DNA of 64,000 nucleotides from Phoronis australis (taxonomy: Eukaryota; Animalia; Phoronida). The DNA is taken from assembly GCA_002633005.1 (NCBI GenBank), contig NMRA01000066.1, positions 124,001 to 188,000 of the forward strand. Direction: 5' to 3'. Position numbers and translations under genes: made by a program. The number at the start of each line of letters is the position of its first letter. The stretch's first letter is position 1. Below, in pieces: positions 59,501 to 64,000 of this stretch. Under the pieces are notes generated by a model. That model ran no database searches, had not been told where the DNA came from, and saw nothing but the letters and a program-made list of their open reading frames with translations.

Positions 59501-61687
59501 ATTCAATTTAAGTCCTTTTTTCGAAGCTCATTTATTTGAGAAAAGCTCATTTCAAATGAGAAGGTGTTTTCAGCTACTATCACACATTTAACCGGTGGAA
59601 AGTCATTAAAGTCTCTTTGGAAAGTACCTCATTTCGATTCCGAATTTCAGGCGAGTTGCTTGGTCTATTCTACTAAGCATTTTGCAGGGAGAGACCCCTT
59701 GAACCCCTCCGCTGTTAGCCTTAAAGCTACAGTAACAATAAGACGAAACACCGTTTCATTAACTTTGCCGAATTTTCGCGTACACTGTAAACTGCCATAA
59801 ATCAGCCAGAGGCTGTTTTGCAGTGCGTCCATTGACCATCTGTGTAAGTTGTAGTAACAATAGGTAAACTTCGATCTGTGTTATTAAAACTGCGTTGAAC
59901 GTGTTGACTGTTATTTTTGTTCTTGGTAACTGGGATTACCTTGAAGTGACCTCAAGCCTAGCTCACAGGTGTGTGGCTTTTGGTAATGACATCGTCCTCG
60001 TTGTCATTTTGCAATTATTCTTTTTCACTGAGGCCAATATGTTGGTTTTAGATCTAAAAAAGTTGGGGTCAGAAAACCAACGTATTGACCGAGTGCAGTT
60101 TTATTATATGATTGCATCCGTTAGGTAATTCATGGGAGGAAGCCGTACTTGGGCTTTCGATTAAATGAGTTTTACTTGTTCGGTCAGGCAGCTGTCAGTT
60201 ATTTGTTTACCCAAAACGTTGTGCAGAGAGTTGAAAACAACATTCAGGGGAACACTGGTCGCTACCCGGTCGCATGTAGGTAGATCTACCCTTTTTACCG
60301 CCAGAACGGCATTTGATTATCACGTCTTTAAGCTATAAGACTTTCCCTGTTCCTGATTGCCCAACGTCAAGAATACTGTGACCCCGCAGGACAAGCACCA
60401 TTGCCTTGTCTTCCATCGAAAAAAATAGGACGTAAACGCTTACACGGTGCGCAGTAAATGCACGTGCGTAGTTGGAAAACCTCGAGACAACACGCGGCCA
60501 GCAGGAAACGTCCCTATTTGCATGATTTTCTCCTGTCGTTGGTTGGCTAAGACGTCACAGAGACGCGGAATTCTGAGTTCGTTCAAGCTACATCTCAAGA
60601 ATAGCCAAGTGGTCGTTGTGGGAATTATTGATTCCAAAAATGGTTATATGTCGAAAAACTATAGACTACACATTTGAAAGCTTGCAAACCCTTGCTTTAC
60701 CTAATTAGAGTCAAGACTGGTTGAATGACCAAAGCTGACGCATGTTTAATCTTGAAAAAAATTGGATTTCAGCCCGAGCACAGCTGAGAAATTTAGAAAA
60801 TTCGGGTGTGGACCATGGGATTAATTCCTAGTTTGCAGAGTGTAAGCTCGTCGATTTAGGAGGTGAATAGAACAAAATGAACGGGGAATGCGATGGAGAC
60901 GACTGTCAAGATGTCAAAGCCTCAAAATTTGACTGGATTATAACCTAAATTTTTCAATTTATTCCAAAATATTTTATACGACGAAATTCTTTTGTATACG
61001 ACACGTCACGCGAAAATTGACGAACATATTATTGAAAGAGAATGATCGCCATCTACGTGTCCTCGGCGTGCACGCACTAAAGACCGCGCAAACGATGTGA
61101 ATTGAAAGTCGATAATTTTTTAGCCGTGGAAAACACATGTTTGTACAATTATAGCTTATTGGTGGGAACTGCGATGCCTTGATGCAAGTTTTCGCTCATC
61201 TGGTGGTTTACATTTTGCAGTTAATCAAAAACAAATGTGACGTCAGGATAAGGATGGAACAAAAGGGCTATGTGGTAGCATTCACTTATATTTTTTCTTC
61301 CCAAAATCTTATCTTTAGACCGGTGTTATAAAAAGAGTTGGTTTTTCTTGACTACTCGAGAGCTAAATTTTAGAAGTCCTCTAAGTTTGGCAATATTTTC
61401 CATTTACGTCGTCATTGGCATGTTCAGGATTTTAATCCTTAAAAGTAATTATCTAAATGCAATAGTTTTCTAACAAAATCAACATCGAGGTCGTGATCAG
61501 ATGGCTTCCTAACCGTAAATGCTGTGCAAGGTTCGACCTTTTGCAAAGAAACCCCCGACACAATTTTGTCTTTCGGGAAGATAAGATTATTGGAGGGCAC
61601 AGACAAGTTCGACTTGGTCAAACTCTGCCTCTGCTTTGGTCGTCAAAACTTTGGCTCCGCCCTCCCCCGTCGTTGCCAATATCGTAT
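56581..61687. repeat. ~2.4 kb near-identical direct duplication (56581-58997 vs 59244-61687) flanking an assembly gap
   Basis: Near-identical sequence with SNPs, three short indels and one replaced ~230 bp segment; both copies abut the N gap. Confidence 0.93.
58998..59243. other. Assembly gap
   Basis: N run. Confidence 1.
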
Positions 61688-64000
61688 AATACTTCGCCTT
61701 GAAAGCTGGAAAGTATTGCTCCTTCCATCCTGACCAGACTTGTGGAAAGATAGACAAATACAATATCGTCAGATTGTCTCATCCTCAGGTCTCCACCAGT
61801 TTCCATCTACCCCTGTTCCTGTCTCCCTCACCCTCACCACTTCCTCCTGAAACTATATATTATTGAGAGGGCACGTGACTCCCTGATCTCTCTTCCCATA
61901 TTACTCATTAAAGGTGGGCTCCATTTGCGATTTTAAAAATTCTGTTACCAATCAATGTACGAAGTTGGGAGTAAGCAAATTTTAATAAATGACGTTGTTC
62001 ATACTGGCTATCGGATCGGGTCTTTTCTTCGAACGAGAACATTGAGAGCAAGAGTCTTGTATGTAATTTTTGCTTGTGTATTTTCTCGTTTGTGAAATCC
62101 AGTGTAAAACAACTACAACCAACTGCACGGAGCATAATCTTCGTCCATTAACTCATACTCAATTGTAGGCTACAGATAAAGTAATGTGTTTGCAATTACA
62201 AAATGCACAAAAGCAAACTGGCACACGACAACCTGTTGAGCAATTTAATGCTTTAAAAAAAACAACCAATTCGGATAAATGCCTATTTTATGGCTAATTA
62301 TTCCAAGTATTGAAAGTGTTTCATTCCAGTTTATTATCTTCCATTGGCCAAGCGTGTCAATTTATTCAACAATTGAACATCCATTGTGAGTTTTTCTGTA
62401 CCTCAAAAGCTTCACATTTTGATTTAAATTCGTGTACATAGGTGTCGTATTTAATGAAGTTCATTCAAACTGCTTAATAAGGTTATCTCACATTATTTAG
62501 TGGTCTTCATTCCAACTCGTATGTCAAAAATAACAGGCTTAACGAGAACAACTAGCAACTTAAGTGAAAGTATATATTTTTTGAAAGAAAAAAAGGCCAG
62601 GAATTGTAAAAATACTTTTTAAAAATATTTTTGTGCCATTATTTTTGTTACATTAACACCTTTTTAAGTTCAATTTTCATTTTTAAGAAAAGTACATTCA
62701 TAGCAAAATAACGCCTCGGTCGATTTTAAGGAAACCTTTTTAAATGAAAGCTTCCCTAGTTACCTCATAAACGCTGTTAGGAATTTTCGATAAGTCTCTT
62801 AGTTTGGTTTCTATGACAAATCAAATCGAAAAACGTAAGGTTTTTGTAAAAATAACAGTCTCATTCGTCTTTGTTACATTACGCACAGATTAGGCTTTTA
62901 TATCAAAAATCCAAGCATCCTTTTTGAGATTGATGAATAAATATTAAATTTCGAAAGTTTCAGCAAAATCCAGTGAGCCACTTTCAAGAACTCGCGTTCC
63001 TAAATTCAAATAAAGTCGATTTGCCGAAGCTGAGAAAATTCCGAAGAAGTTGGGACGTGAAAATGTCAAGGTCTTCGGTTAATTGTGTAATTGTGAAGAC
63101 TTGTTCTCGGTTAAAGGAACATATACATGCCTTAACCATGCCGCTTTTCAACAATCAGTCAAAATGTCAACTGAATTTGCAGTGCGTAATTAACTTAATT
63201 ATCGCTAAAACGTTAATTTTCTTACCGTCTCCTGTCCAAGAGGCTTGGGTCAGCTGTTGACCTACTTAAAAGTAGCTTAACAGTTCATTGTAATACACAC
63301 CCCGCGCCGGGAGGTAGATATGAAACCAAGTACGAAATGTATTAGAAATCTAGTCGTTGGTTAAGGCACGTAGTGAGCGAGAGATCGAAACAGCGAAATG
63401 TCAAATTACCTATCAAATTAAGGAATTTGGGTGAGGATTTATCTGTTTCACAACTTGCTGTGTTCGTGAACCCAAAGTCACAGGGGCGTGAGACGACTTG
63501 GTGGAGCATTCGTTTTCAACGGTCGTATGCATGCAGACGCACAACTCCCTCAGGATAAAAACTACGTTTTGTCGTCGTTTTTCCGGCATCTTTCTACGAT
63601 GTGTACACCTCGTTGACTCAATATTTTGGCGACTCTGTGAGGGAAAGGACTGAGGGTACATGCGTAGGTGTTCTGTGCCTGGCGGGAAATACGATTTGAG
63701 TGACACCCCTGTAATCTTTGATCTCGGATAATTAGTAAACAAATTTCTACGCCGTTGCGCGGTTCCAAGCTGGTTCTTCTAAATCTATTTTTCTCGACAC
63801 AGGGTATATATTTCGTATTTGAAGTTCCCGGAGAATGAAGATAAGATATTTTTCTCGACACGTGTGACATATTGTAAAAATAGGCAAGGTTTTGTGAATA
63901 AGGTTTAGAAATCCTTAATAAAACTTCTACTCTGTTTAGATTAGTGTCAAACGCAGAAATGATTTAGGATTTCAGTCAAATTTTGCAGAAATGTACAAGG

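Noticed and set aside
61908-63300. Kolobok-like element starting TTAAAGG (similar sequence at 35-36 kb and 45.8-46.3 kb)
   Set aside because: Looks repeat-like but matching termini could not be delimited by eye.

Overview
Eukaryotic (animal, probably marine invertebrate) genomic DNA with two N-gaps (5328-5595, 58998-59243). The left half holds two spliced genes arranged head-to-head. One is an ENOX1/ENOX2-like RRM gene on the minus strand: ATG at 9591, 7 coding exons in the window, continuing beyond base 1. The other is a complete 20-coding-exon DIS3/RRP44 exosome nuclease on the plus strand: ATG 10577 to TAG 29779, 943 aa by my exon arithmetic. The last DIS3 intron only splices in frame with a non-canonical GC donor and separates the catalytic body from a basic NLS-like tail. 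The right half (31-64 kb) has no recognisable host CDS. It is a patchwork of non-autonomous DNA transposons (Tc2/pogo-, hAT-, AcademH/MULE- and Harbinger-like), a Penelope remnant with inverted pLTRs, LINE/SINE fragments and a ~2.4 kb duplication across a gap that is probably an uncollapsed haplotype. I see no evidence of a wholly new multi-gene system. The best leads are the GC-AG/NLS switch in DIS3, the shared ENOX-DIS3 promoter, long fold-back elements in DIS3 intron 1 and several decayed ribozyme-like motifs.
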